Assembly (NCBI GenBank): GCA_004431415.1
Contig: QPMI01000672.1
Span: 34,972 to 98,971, forward strand
DNA length: 64,000 nt
Origin: Cyanophora paradoxa CCMP329
Lineage: Eukaryota; Plantae; Glaucophyta
Direction: 5' to 3'
Part shown: positions 10,237 through 21,605 of the stretch, piece after piece
Layout of the letters: each line of letters starts with the position of its first letter
Position numbering within the stretch: position 1 is the stretch's first letter
Notes under the pieces: generated by a model
Told to the model about the DNA's origin: nothing
What the model saw: the letters and a program-made list of their open reading frames with translations, nothing else
The model's database searches: none
Made by a program: the position numbers and the translations under genes

Positions 10237-12050
10237 CAAGCAGGGGGGCTCCGCCCCCCCGCACCCCCCCAGTGTTATTTAGGAGTCTTTGATTTCTTGT
10301 GGTCTATTCTTCTTCTTCTACGTACTACTTCTACTACTACTACTTATTAATTGAACAAAGAATGAGAATGAAGTACTAAAGTTGTAAAGACAGAACAGAA
10401 GAAGCTGAAGCACTGAACATAAAGAACACAGATGTGAGTGCATGGAAGATGTAGAAATTAAACACTGATCATGTAATCTGGAAACAATGCACGAGATGCA
10501 ATGTAGTCCAAAGCGAGGCTTCATCATTTATGGTTTGTCATGAAACACAGTGCTTTGCAATTGGTGTTTAATTCTTGGCTGGCAAAGAAATTAAAGGGCG
10601 ATTTGATATTCTTAGCTATAGCTATAGCTTTAGCCAGGAAGATGAGAAGAAGAGCTAAAGCACTGAACAATTGCAAGAAGTTTGAAACTGCATGCATGAA
10701 TCTCTTGTGGTTCATGATCAATCGTATTACAAAGAACGAAAATGAAGCTGAAGCACTGAAGAAGAGAGCATTTCAGAACAGATCCAGAAACAATGAAGTG
10801 ATCACAAAACAATACAAAAGAAGCACATGCAATGTATACGTATTTCAAAGTTTTGATCATTTATGTTCTAGATCTGTCATCGAACATCGAGTTTTGGTGT
10901 TAAATACTGGCCATGGCTGGCAAAGCAAGGGCAATCCTTAGCAGGAAAGTGGGCAAGAAGCTTGAACGTTAACATGTATTGCAGCAGTGATATACTGTCG
11001 AAGTCCCTGTAGCTTTGTACCCCTGTACCTCAGTCTGCCTGTACCCCCAATACACCACCTTGCCAGCTATCTAGCCTGGCAACACATTGCGGCACTGATC
11101 ATGAACAATTGCAAGAAGCTTAAGAATTGAACACTTCAATTGGCAACTTGGCAAAAACAACCTGGCAAGGTTGTAGAAGAATTGATCATGAACAAGTCAA
11201 TCATTGATCATTTTATTTCATGCATGTAACACGCAACAATATTTTATGCATGCAATGATGCCATGATGAATAATGCATGCATCATGATCAATGTAAAGAT
11301 CTAGATGCCACTGATCTAGATGTTAAACAAACAATGCAAGTACAATCTCTTCAATTTCAATTTGGCAAGTTTCTGTTTTGTTTGTTGTGAATGTGTGAAC
11401 GTTGTGTTAGTGTTGTGTTTTTTTGTTTTTTGTCTTGTTTTGTTGTTTGTACATTGTGGAACATATGCTTTTCTTTTTGTTGTACATGCCAAGATGTTTA
11501 ATGTATTATTTATTGTTTGCCAAGAATCGAACTGGTTCTGAATCGGCACTGAGCAATCAAGTGCACCACAGCACTAAAGGGACTTTCCATTGACAGAACT
11601 GCCGGATACCCAATTTCAGCCACAAAACTCCACTCTGTGGCAGATCTTCCCACTTCATACTTCCAAGCTCACTGGCAAGGGCAGCGGCTGCCGCTACTTT
11701 TTTTAAGAAGTCACAGAGTCATACATCACTCAGTGACTTTTCCTTCTCATGTGGAGCCTGTCTCAGTGACCACAGTGAGTCAAGGCAGCACTGGCAGCCT
11801 TCAAGTGCATATCGAATTGAGTATACCAATGAGAGCGACAACTCAACCACTGGCCTGCGATTCACAAGTTCCCCACTTACCAAACATGCTGGCACGACTG
11901 TTGGCAGCCCAGGCTGGACCACCCATGGAGCACAGTCCAGTCAGTGACTTTGACTGTTCGCACCGCTCTCAATGCTGGCAGTTTGAGTCTGCCGTAGTAC
12001 TAAACGGAATTTTCTTCCAAGGGGAACATGGGTTAATCTACTATGTAGCA
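10237..12050 (-). mobile_element. Nested copy 1 of the non-autonomous Helitron-like element (1814 bp, more diverged, lacks the LINE fragment)
   Basis: Termini on + are caagcaGGGGGGCtccGCCCCCC and ...ctactatgtagca. Inserted in gtgtA|Ttatat with no TSD (empty site at 14487/14488). Confidence 0.8.
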
Positions 12051-12381
12051 TTATATATTGTTTGCCAAGAATCGAACCGGTTCTGAATCGGCACTGAGCA
12101 GTCAAGTGCACCACAGCACTTCAGGAAGAAAAAAGGAAAAAAAGGGACTTTCCATTGACAGAACTGCCGGATACCCAATTTGAGCCACAAAACTCCACTC
12201 TGTGGCAGATCTTCCCACTTCATACTTCCAAGCTCACTGGCAAGGGCAGCGGCTGCCGCTACTTTTTTTAAGAAGTCACAGAGTCATACATCACTCAGTG
12301 ACTTTTCCTTCTCATGTGGAGCCTGTCTCAGTGACCACAGTGAGTCAAGGCAGCACTGGCAGCCTTCAAGTGCATATCGAA

Positions 12382-15052
12382 CAAGCAGGGGGGCTCCGCC
12401 CCCCCGCACCCCCCCAGTGTTATTTAGGAATCTTTGATTTCTTGTGGTCTATTCTTCTTCTTCTACGTACTACTACTACTACTTATTAATTGACCTCCTG
12501 CACCAGCTTCTGGCGTTCTCAATGATGATGCTGATGCTCCCAGCTCGCCTCCGCTCTCTCCTCAAGTGATTATTGACCTCCTTGATCCCGAACTTGAAGC
12601 TGATTTATTTCTTTCTTCTCCTGAAATTGCTGCTGATATTACTGAGGATGCTCCCAATGTTGGGGCCATTCGTCGTCTCTTCCTTCTTCCTCTGTTCCTA
12701 TGGACACTGATCCTGTCTTGGCTCCTGATTTCAACCTGAAGCGCCGTCGACCCTCTACCCCTGCTCCTCCTTGCCTCTCGGATGCCTATGGTTACCCAAA
12801 CGGTACTATTGACCCATCTTTTCTTCCTTCCGTTAAACGTTTGCATCTTTCCTCTCCTGCTGACCTTTCGGTTCTAAGTGATGATTCGGGTTCTCCTGTG
12901 GTGCTCATTGACTATGATGCTGAAACTGATGCCATGGACCTTTAATTTCTCTCCTCGACTGGGGTTTAAAGCTCTAAACAGGATCGGGAATACCCCAGGC
13001 CGGCATTAGGAAGAGGCCCGCATTGGGATTTCGCCGATTGTTTTCCAGGTTTGCGTGTATGAGCGCCGGACCGCCGGGGCATACATGGTGAACTGTATAG
13101 GCGCCCGTCTGCGCCGCCACTACCCTTGTCTGGTTGGTTCACTGTCGATTGTGCTTCGGGCCTTCGGGTCCTTCGCCTTTCGTCAAAACCGCACAACCGG
13201 CTTGGGCGTGTCTTATACATACTCTTCTTCTTTTATTAATTGAACAAAGAATGAGACTGAAGTACTAAAGTTGTGAAGACAGAACAGAAGAAGCTGAAGC
13301 ACTGAACATGAAGAACAGAACAGATCTGAGTGCATGAAAGATGTAGAAAGTAAACACTGATCATGTAATCAGGAAACAATGCACAAGATGCTATGTAGTC
13401 CAAAGCTAGGCTTCATCATTTATGGCTTGTCATGAAACATAGTGCTTTGCAATTTGTGTTTAATTCATGATTCTTGGCTGGCAAAGAAATTAAAGGGCGA
13501 TTTGATATTCTTAGCTATAGCTATATATATAGCTTTAGCCAGGAAGATGAGAAGAAGAGCTAAAGCACTGAACAATTGCAAGAAGTTTGAAACTGCATGC
13601 ATGAATCTCTTGTGGTTCAATCGTATTACAAAGAAGGAAAATGAAGCTGAAGCACTGAAGAAGAGAGCATTTCAGAACAGATCCAGAAACAATGAAGTGA
13701 TCACAAAACAATACAAAAGAAGCACATGCAATGTATTTCAAAGGTTTGATCATTTATGTTCTAGATCTGTCATCAAATATCGAGTTTTGGTGTTAAATAC
13801 TGGCCATGGCTGGCAAAGCAAGGGCAATTCTTAGCAGGAAAGTGGGCAAGAAGCTTGAACGTTAACATTTATTGCAGCAGTGATATATATATATATACTG
13901 TCCAAGTCCCTGTAGCTTTGTACCCCTGTACCTCAGTCTGCCTGTACCCCCAATACACCACCTTGCCAGCTATCTAGCCTGGCAATACATTGCAGCACTG
14001 ATCATGAACAATTGCAAGAAGCTTAAGAATTGAACACTTCAATTGACAACTTGGCAAAAACAACCTGGCAAGGTTGTAGAAGAATTGATCATGAACAAGT
14101 CAATCATTGATCATTTCATTTCATGCATGTAACATGCAACAATATTTTATGCATGCAATGATGCCATGATGAATAATGCATGCATCATGATCAATATAAA
14201 GATCTAGATGCCACTGGGCCATTGTTGTTGTTGTTGAAACTCCTAGTAGTTGTTGTTGTGTGCTAATGCAAATCGTTTGCCATCTAGAAAAGAATGTTGT
14301 TTGTTTTGTGAAACAAAAAATGCCAAGTACAATCTCTTCAATTTCAATTTGGCAAGTTTCTGTTTTGTTTGTTGTGAATGTGTGAACGTTGTGCTGGTGT
14401 TGTGTTTTTTTTTGTCTTGTTTTGTTGTTTGTACATTGTGGAACATATGCTTTTCTTTTTGTTGTACATGCCAAGCTGTTTAGTGTATTATATATTGTTT
14501 GCCAAGAATCGAACCGGTTCTGAATCGGCACTGAGCAGTCAAGTGCACCACAGCACTTCAGGAAGAAAAAAGGGAAAAAAGGGACTTTCCATTGACAGAA
14601 CTGCCGGATACCCAATTTGAGCCACAAAACTCCACTCTGTGGCAGATCTTCCCACTTCATACTTCCAAGCTCACTGGCAAGGGCAGCGGCTGCCGCTACT
14701 TTTTTTAAGAAGTCACAGAGTCATACATCACTCAGTGACTTTTCCTTCTCATGTGGAGCCTGTCTCAGTGACCACAGTGAGTCAAGGCAGCACTGGCAGC
14801 CTTCAAGTGCATATCGAATTGAGTATACCAATGAGAGCGACAACTCAACCACTGGCCTGCGATTCACAAGTTCCCCACTTACCAAACATGCTGGCACGAC
14901 TGTTGGCAGCCCAGGCTGGACCACCCATGGAGCACAGTCCAGTCAGTGACTTTGACTGTTCGCACCGCTCTCAATGCTGGCAGTTTGAGTCTGCCGTAGT
15001 ACTAAACGGAATTTTCTTCCAAGGGGAACATGGGTTAATCTACTATGTAGCA
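12382..15052 (-). mobile_element. Nested copy 2 of the non-autonomous Helitron-like element (2671 bp including the truncated LINE)
   Basis: Same two termini as copy 1. Inserted in tcgaA|Ttgag with no TSD (empty site at 14818/14819). Confidence 0.8.
12494..13232 (+). mobile_element. 5'-truncated LINE copy (~740 bp) with 11-bp TSD
   Basis: Matches the ORF2 C-terminus and 3' UTR. TSD TTATTAATTGA at 12483-12493 and 13233-13243. The empty site is visible at ~10344-10354. Confidence 0.93.
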
Positions 15053-15408
15053 TTGAGTATACCAATGAGAGCGACAACTCAACCACTGGCCTGCGATTCA
15101 CAAGTTCCCCACTTACCAAACATGCTGGCACGACTGTTGGCAGCCCAGGCTGGACCACCCATGGAGCACAGTCCAGTCAGTGACTTTGACTGTTCGCACC
15201 GCTCTCAATGCTGGCAGTTTGAGTCTGCCGTAGTACTAAACGGAATTTTCTTCCAAGGGGAACATGGGTTAATCTACTATGTAGCAGAGAATTTAAAGCC
15301 AGAAATACTAACTAACTAGTCCTGAAGCCGGACTCCGGGAAGCTTGAAGAACAGAGGTCGAACCAGCTCACTTCAATTGGCCTCGCGCGACGATGTCGAC
15401 TCGGCGGA

Positions 15409-18400
15409 TCACACGTCACCGAGGAGGCGGGCGCGGGAGAGGCTCTGGGAGCCGCCCTTGCGGAGGGCCCCGCCGCCTCCCCCCGAGCCGAAGGAGTCGC
15501 CGAGGGCCGCCGGCGCCTCCCCCGCCTTGGGCGTGTGCATGGAGCTGCGGGGCGGGGCCGCCGGCGCGACTCAGTGGACGGTTACCCAGGGGCTGGGAGC
15601 TTGAAGGGAGCGGGGCGGGGCGGGGCGGGGCGGGGGCGCACTCGAGGACTGCGGCCTCGAGGGAGTCGACGGAGGAGACGACGGCGGCGGCGCGCTGCTG
15701 GATGCTCCGCAGCGTCGCCGAGATCGCCCCGGGGTTCAGCCGCCCGCTCCCCGACCCCCGCCCCGCCTCCCCGACCCCCTCCCGCCCCCCCCACGCCCCG
15801 CCTCGCCCCCGCCGCCCCCGCGTCGGCGAGCGGCGCCCCGTGCGCGACGGGGAGCGGTTGGGGCGGTGGCCCGCACGCCCGCCGTCGAGCGGGGGCAGGA
15901 CGGCGACGCCGTAGTAGGAGGGGGGGCGGAGGCCGGCGTGGGGGAGTGCGGGGGGCCGGCGGGGGCGGAGGGGATGGCGGGGAGCAGGCGGGCGGCCTGC
16001 CCCACGGAGGAGGAGGCCGAGCGGGCCATGGCCGGCGGCGGGGAGCGGCGGGCGGGCCCCTGCGGCGGGCTCCCCGGCGAGGAGGCCCCCGGGGCCGCCG
16101 CGCTCGCGATCGCCACCAGCTCGTCGGTCACGTGCCGCCCCGCCCGCGCCGCCTCCTGCGCCCTCGCCCCGTCACCCCGGCCCGGCCGGCCCCGCGCGAG
16201 AGAGCGGCGCACGGTGGCGCGGGCGTGGGCCTTGGGCGGCGTCGCGCCGTACGGCGACTCCTCCGCCAGCTGCGGGGGCGATCGGGCGGCGCCGGCGGGC
16301 GGGCGGCCGTGCTGGCGAGGCGCACCCGCGCGGCGGCCGCGCGGTCGGCGGGCGAGGGACCCGCGTACCGCGAGCGCTGCGAGCGCTGGCCCCGGTCCGA
16401 CTGGCCTGCGGCGGCGCGCTCCGAGTGCCGCCCCGCGCGCGCCCGCCGCTCCCGCAGCGCCGCCGCGAGCCTGCCGGGGCCTCGGCGCGGGCGCGGCGAG
16501 CGAGGGCGGGGGGCGCACAGGCGGGCGGCGCGGGCGCGGAAGGCGGCCTGGATGCGGGCGGCGGCGTGCTCGGCGACGGCGTAGAAGCCCATGCCGGCCC
16601 GCCGCCGCGCCGTCGCCCACCCCACGCCCCGCGCCACGCTCCCCGCCAGCGCCTTGATCTCCGCCCCCGCCCGCCGCGCCAGCTCCCGCCGCCGCGCCGG
16701 CCACCCCGGCAGCAGCGCCCGCCGCTCCCGCCGCGCCCGCAGCGCCCGCGCGGCACTCTGGAGGACGGCGGCGGCGCGGTCGAGGCGGAGGCGGGCGGCG
16801 CGGGAGCGGGCCCGCCGCGCGAGGCGCCGCCGGACGGCCGCCTGCAGCAGCACAACCGCCCGCGCCCGCATCTGTGCGGCGCGGTCGGCGCGGCGGCGGC
16901 GGCGGGGAGGGCGCGGGGACGGGGCGGACGGCGCGGCGGGCGACCTCCTCCTCCCCCCGGGCGCGCGCCTCCGCCCGCCCCTGCTCCAGCGACCGTAGCA
17001 GCTGCCGGCGAGTCAGGCGGCGCTCAAGAGGCCGCGGGGCGGGGGCCGGGGCGGGCCTGGATCTCGGAGCGGCGCTGCTGGGCGGTCTCGAGCTCGGCGG
17101 GGCGCGGGAGGACGAAGACGGGCACCGAGGCCCGCCCGACCGCGACGAGCTCTGCGCCTGCCGCCCCCTGAGCGCGGGAGGCGCAGGCCGTCGCTGCGCG
17201 CACCAGGATCCGCGCGCTCGCGCCCCCGACGGTCTGCGCGTGCGGGATGCGCGCGAAGGCGGGGGACGGAGTGGGGGCCGGGGCGGGGGCGGTGGGGCGG
17301 CCGGGCAGGGGGTGGTGCCCCGGTGGCGGGGCGGAGGGGCGGAGGGGATGGGGGCGGCGGGCCGGGGCTCGGGCCGCGGGGCGGGGGACGGGGACGGGGC
17401 GGGGCTCGGGGCGGCGCGGGAGCGGACGGAGGATGTGGAGGCGGCCTGCTGGGCGGCGAGCTGCCGCTGGAGCAGCCGCTGGCGCTGCAGCAGCAGCCGG
17501 AAGCGCCGCGAGAGGAGCGCCCGCCACGCCGACTGACGCGGGGCGTCGGGCGGCGAGGCGGCGAGTAAAGGCGGGAGCGCTCGCCTGGATGCGGACGGCG
17601 GCGAAGGCGCGGGCCTTCTGCCGGAGGAACGGGGGCGGGGGCGTCCTCTTGAGGCTCTGCAGGGCCCGCCGGGCGGCCCGGCGCCGCACGCAGGCCTGGA
17701 TGCGCTTCGCGGCCCGCTCGAGGATCGGCTGCGAGGAGCGGGAGCGTGAGGGGCGGGAGAGGGCGCGGTGGTGCCCGGAGGGCGGCACCGCCATCTCAGC
17801 GCGGACGCGGGCCTCCTCGGCCTCCCGGCGCCCCCGCTCCGCCCGCGCCTCCTCCCGCTCCCGCACGAACGCCCTCTGCGCGGGCCGCGCCCGTCGGACG
17901 GGGGCCGGGGCGGGCGGGGCGGGGCGGGGGCGGGGCGCGGACCCGCTGGCGGAGGGCGCGGTAGGCGGCGGCGATGGCGGCGGCGGCGCGGTGCCGCCGG
18001 CGCGCCTCGCGGAAGGGCAGCATCGCCCGGTACGACCGCAGCCTCCGCCACACCTGCCCCCCCCTCGCACCCGGCCCGGTGCCGGCCGCGCGGTACGCGG
18101 CACGCGCGCACGGCCTGGATCTTGGCGGCGGCTCGGAAGGCCCGCGCCCGCGCGAAGTGGCCCCGCAGCTTGTAGCGCGTCTGGAAGAGGGCGGTGAGGG
18201 GCCGGGCCGGGGCGGGGAGGGGGCCGGGGCGCACGAAGAGGCCGCGCAGCGCCGGCGCGATGATCTTCGCCGCGCTCGAGCGCTCCGCGGCGGGGTACGG
18301 CTGCCCCCGCCGTGAGCGAGGGCCCGGCCGAGCCCGCACGGCGCCCGCGCACCCCCGCGATGCGCTGGTCCTTCAAGAAGTCCCACCAGACCGGCACGGG

Positions 18401-19963
18401 CTCGCCCGCGGGCCCCGGCACCTGCCCCGCGGGGCGCCGTGAGGGCCGGGGGCGGGCGGGGGAGGGGAGGAGGGGCGTGCGGCGATGTCGAGGGCGGGGG
18501 AGATGGCGAGGTAGCGGCTGGCGCGGGCGTAGTCCTCGTCCGTCCCCCGCAGGCCCCGCGCCACCGCAGCCCGTATCCGCACGATCTGCGCCCCGCTGTC
18601 AGCCCGGAGCGCGCGGGGCGGCGAGGACAGGCGGGCGGCGCGCCTTGCCGCGCATGGGCACGTCGGACGGGTGCTGCCGCGTCGTCACGCCCGTCTGGGG
18701 GTTCTGCGAGGGGCTCAGCGGGGGCCGGGGGCGGGCGCGCGCTCGCGGGGCCACGCGCGTGGTAGTAGGGCCCGTAGTCGTCCTCGTGCTCTGCGCGACG
18801 TCAGCGAGGGGAGGAGGGGCGGGGGTCGGGGGTGGGCGGGCCGGTCCAGGGGGCGGGGAGGCCGGCGGCGAGGGCGTCGCGGGCGAGCCAGAGGAGGTGC
18901 GGCTCGTGCTCCGGGTGCACGCCCAGGAAGCGCCCCATGTCCCGCACCTCCCGCCCCCGTCAGCGAGCCCGGGGCGAGGGCGGCGGGGCCGGCACCTCGT
19001 CGGGGGTGCACATCTTGGAGGGGGCGACCGAGGGCCCCCCGCCGCCGCCAGCGCCCCCGCTCGCCAGCGCCGCCCGCACGCCCGCCATCACCTCCTTCTT
19101 CTTCTCCCTGCCGCCCCGCGCCCCGCTCGGCGCGTCCAGGGCCGGGGCGGGCCGGGGCCGGGGCGGGCGCACTCGCGCTTGGCCTCCTCGAGCTGGCGCT
19201 GGCGCTCCTGCTTCGCGTCCCGCTTCGCCTTCAGGTCCTTGATCATCTCCCTGCGCCCCCCCCGGCGCTCGCCCGCCGCGCCGCTCGGGCGCGGGGCGGG
19301 GCCCGGAGCACAGCACCTGAAGATGCCGTCGGCGGGGTGCTCCGGCTGGCTCGTGTCCGTCTTCTCGTGGTAGTAGAAGATCTTGCCCCCCGGCGCCACG
19401 TGCTCGCTCCAGCCCTCTGCCCCCCGGCCCGCCCTCCTGTCAGGCGCCGGCGCCCCCCCGCGGGGGCACGGGGCGGACCGGGGAGCGGGGCGAGGATCGC
19501 CTGCTCCGCGACCCACACCAGCGCCGCGTCCTCGGGGTACTTGAGCCCTGGCGCGCGTTCGGGGCTCGGGGCGGCGCGAGAGCGCGCGCGGGGGGAGGAG
19601 GGGGGTACCGAGGTAGAGGCCGTACTGGGCGATCTCGGTGGCGGAGGGGGTGCCGCCATGGGGCACGCGCTTCGGGGCGGCGGCGGCGCCGCCGGAGGCC
19701 TCGCGGAGGAGGCGGAGGCCCTCGCGCTCGTCCCTTTCAAACGTGTCCTCCTCCCCCTTCACCTGCCCGCCCCGCCCCCTCAGCCGCCGCCGCTGCACGG
19801 CCCCGCCGCCCCCGCGGCGCCTGCGAGCCTTCTTCAGCATCGTCCCCATGGACTTGCGGCGGTTCGATGTGCCCCACTTGACGTCGCCCCCCGCCCCCTC
19901 CGCCGCCGTCGCCGGGACCGCCTTTCGCTTCTGCGCATCGTCGGGCCCGCCCATCGCCACCAT
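15409..19963 (-). CDS. Multi-exon protein with CEP164-like N-terminal WW module(s) and many IQ motifs
   Basis: Spliced segments EIAQYGLYLG / LKYPEDAALVWVAEQAILAPLP / EGWSEHVAPGGKIFYYHEKTDTSQPEHP. Second module HLLWLARDALAAGLP...NPQTGVTTRQHP. IQ-like motifs AAAKIQA, AAKRIQACVR, AAVRIQA, LLQAAVR, VLQSAAR, ARIQAAFR. Stop inferred after ...RLLGDV. Confidence 0.7.
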
Positions 19964-20946
19964 AGAGTGCCGACAGCGCCTTAGCTACTGCACGCCGCGC
20001 GGCAGCAGGCCCCCGAGGTCCGCACGAGGCGGGGCAGCCCGCCTGCGTAACAGATGAGCCTCCGTGACCGAGGTGCAGGGAAGGCGCGGCAGGGACGGCG
20101 GTGACCGCACTTCGCAGGACCGACAGCAGCTGCCACAGTCACGCTGGAAGCTGCTAGGCTAGCTAATCGGGCGCGGGGCGATCCTGGACGTTTGCTGCCC
20201 CTGCTGCGCCGCTGGATCGCGCTCCTTGCCGGAACCACGGTGTACTCTCTGTGCGAACGCGGCCTGCAAGACAGCGGAGGCGTGCTGTGTGCTTCCTCTT
20301 GGAAGTCGGAGGTCTTAACGATGCCCAGCTAGGATCCGCGCTCCGCCGGCAGGGAGCTATTGCATTACGGGTGCCTCCTGGCCATGCCTCTTCTCCAGCC
20401 CGGACCTCACGCCGTGCAGACCTTAATTGCTGGTCCTTGCAACCTCTGGGGGTAGTCCATATGCTGCGGCTGGGAACTCGCTTGCAATTGCAATTGACCG
20501 CGGCCGTCGTCGAGAGAGACGTCGGCAAAGCGACAGCGACGGCGAAGCGACGCGGCCGCCGCATTGTCAAGTAACGATGCCGCTGGCTTTCCGAAGTTCG
20601 CGGCGTTACGTTACAGCTATAGCTAGCTATGTAGCGACTGCAGCGACTATAGCTAGTTATAGCTAGCCGCTGAGCTATAGCTCGTGCGCGGGAGGGGCAT
20701 GCAGCTAGCTATAGCTAGCTACATGCATATGTACAGCGCGTCGACGTCGACTGAGCGGCTTGCGCCGCATGCAACGTCGACGTCGTGCCGCAGTGCACGT
20801 GCGCGTGACTGAGTGCACATGCAGCACGATGCGTCGTCTAACCACACAGTCGCCGACGCCGCGGCGCAGCCATGGCTACCGCCAGCAAAACCACCTCGGA
20901 GCTTACTTGGTGAGCTTCCTGTTTGGGCCGGACGGGGCGTGCGATG

Positions 20947-21018
20947 TGCGACCGGCGGGGGTCGAACCCGCGACAGCTGGCTCATAAGACCAGCGCTCTA
21001 CCTCTGAGCTACGGAAGC
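20947..21018 (-). tRNA. tRNA-Ile (anticodon TAT), intronless, with two acceptor-stem mismatches
   Basis: Cloverleaf GCTTCCG TA GCTC AGAGGTA GAGC G CTGGT CTTATGA GCCAG CTGTC GCGGG TTCGACC CCCGC CGGTCGC A; A and B boxes intact. Confidence 0.88.
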
Positions 21019-21605
21019 ATACTGATTTTCGAAATTTCGGAGTCGGTACTAGTCGCTTAGCAGCCCATCCGCATGCGTGTCGATCTCGCCGAGCCCGAAA
21101 GGTTTGCCTTCACGGAGTCCGGCCCACTGCTTTCTGTGCTCGAGCTCATGATCAGGGGCTAGTGCTTAGCGCGTGTCTCGAGTGCGGCTGGCACATAGAT
21201 AGCTCGAGCCGGCGCCGCGCCGCCGCAGGCTCGAGCTCCATCCTGCGCGCGGGCCCCCATATGCATCCTGCAAAATCCCACCGCTGATCCCGATCCACCG
21301 TGGCACCTGTGCTAGCGCTTGCTAACTGGTGCTGCAACCTACGGCACTGCATCCAGGCCGGAGCCTCGGAGAGGGCGCACTCCCTCGCTAGCTAGATAGC
21401 CGCTCTCGCGGTGGATGGCGGGCTGGGCCTACTCGCCGTGGTTGCATCCCACCGTACGCGTGGCACGGCGTCGCCCCTGGGCTGGCCCCGGAGCCCGTCT
21501 CTAAATCCATGCGAGGAAGCTCGCATTCCGATTTTCTCCTAACGTCCGGCCTCGCGCAAGTGGTGCGTGCCGTGGCCATCGTGGCACGGGCACCGCTGCA
21601 GGGCG

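Larger units (their letters stand above)
8982..15286. mobile_element. Host copy of an AT-rich non-autonomous element (pieces 8982-10236, 12051-12381, 15053-15286; left end lies before the window)
   Basis: Removing 10237-12050 and 12382-15052 reconstitutes a sequence nearly identical to 13233-15052, ending in ...ctactatgtagca. Confidence 0.8.

Noticed and set aside
10237-10345. G/C hairpin plus TACTAC repeats resembling a pMV158-family plasmid double-strand origin
   Set aside because: The TACTACG nick motif is not in the hairpin loop, and the TAC run is a simple microsatellite ~70 bp away.
8863-14487. Apparent 4251-bp tandem satellite or segmental duplication
   Set aside because: The period is exactly explained by nested insertions (1255+1814+331+851 bp).
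9191-14660. Short ORFs repeated in the AT-rich element
   Set aside because: Low complexity, indels between copies and no Rep, helicase or transposase motifs; treated as non-coding.
14639-15319. 226-aa ORF with an internal 78-aa duplication
   Set aside because: Artefact of copy 2's last 234 bp abutting the host copy's last 234 bp; no recognisable protein motifs.
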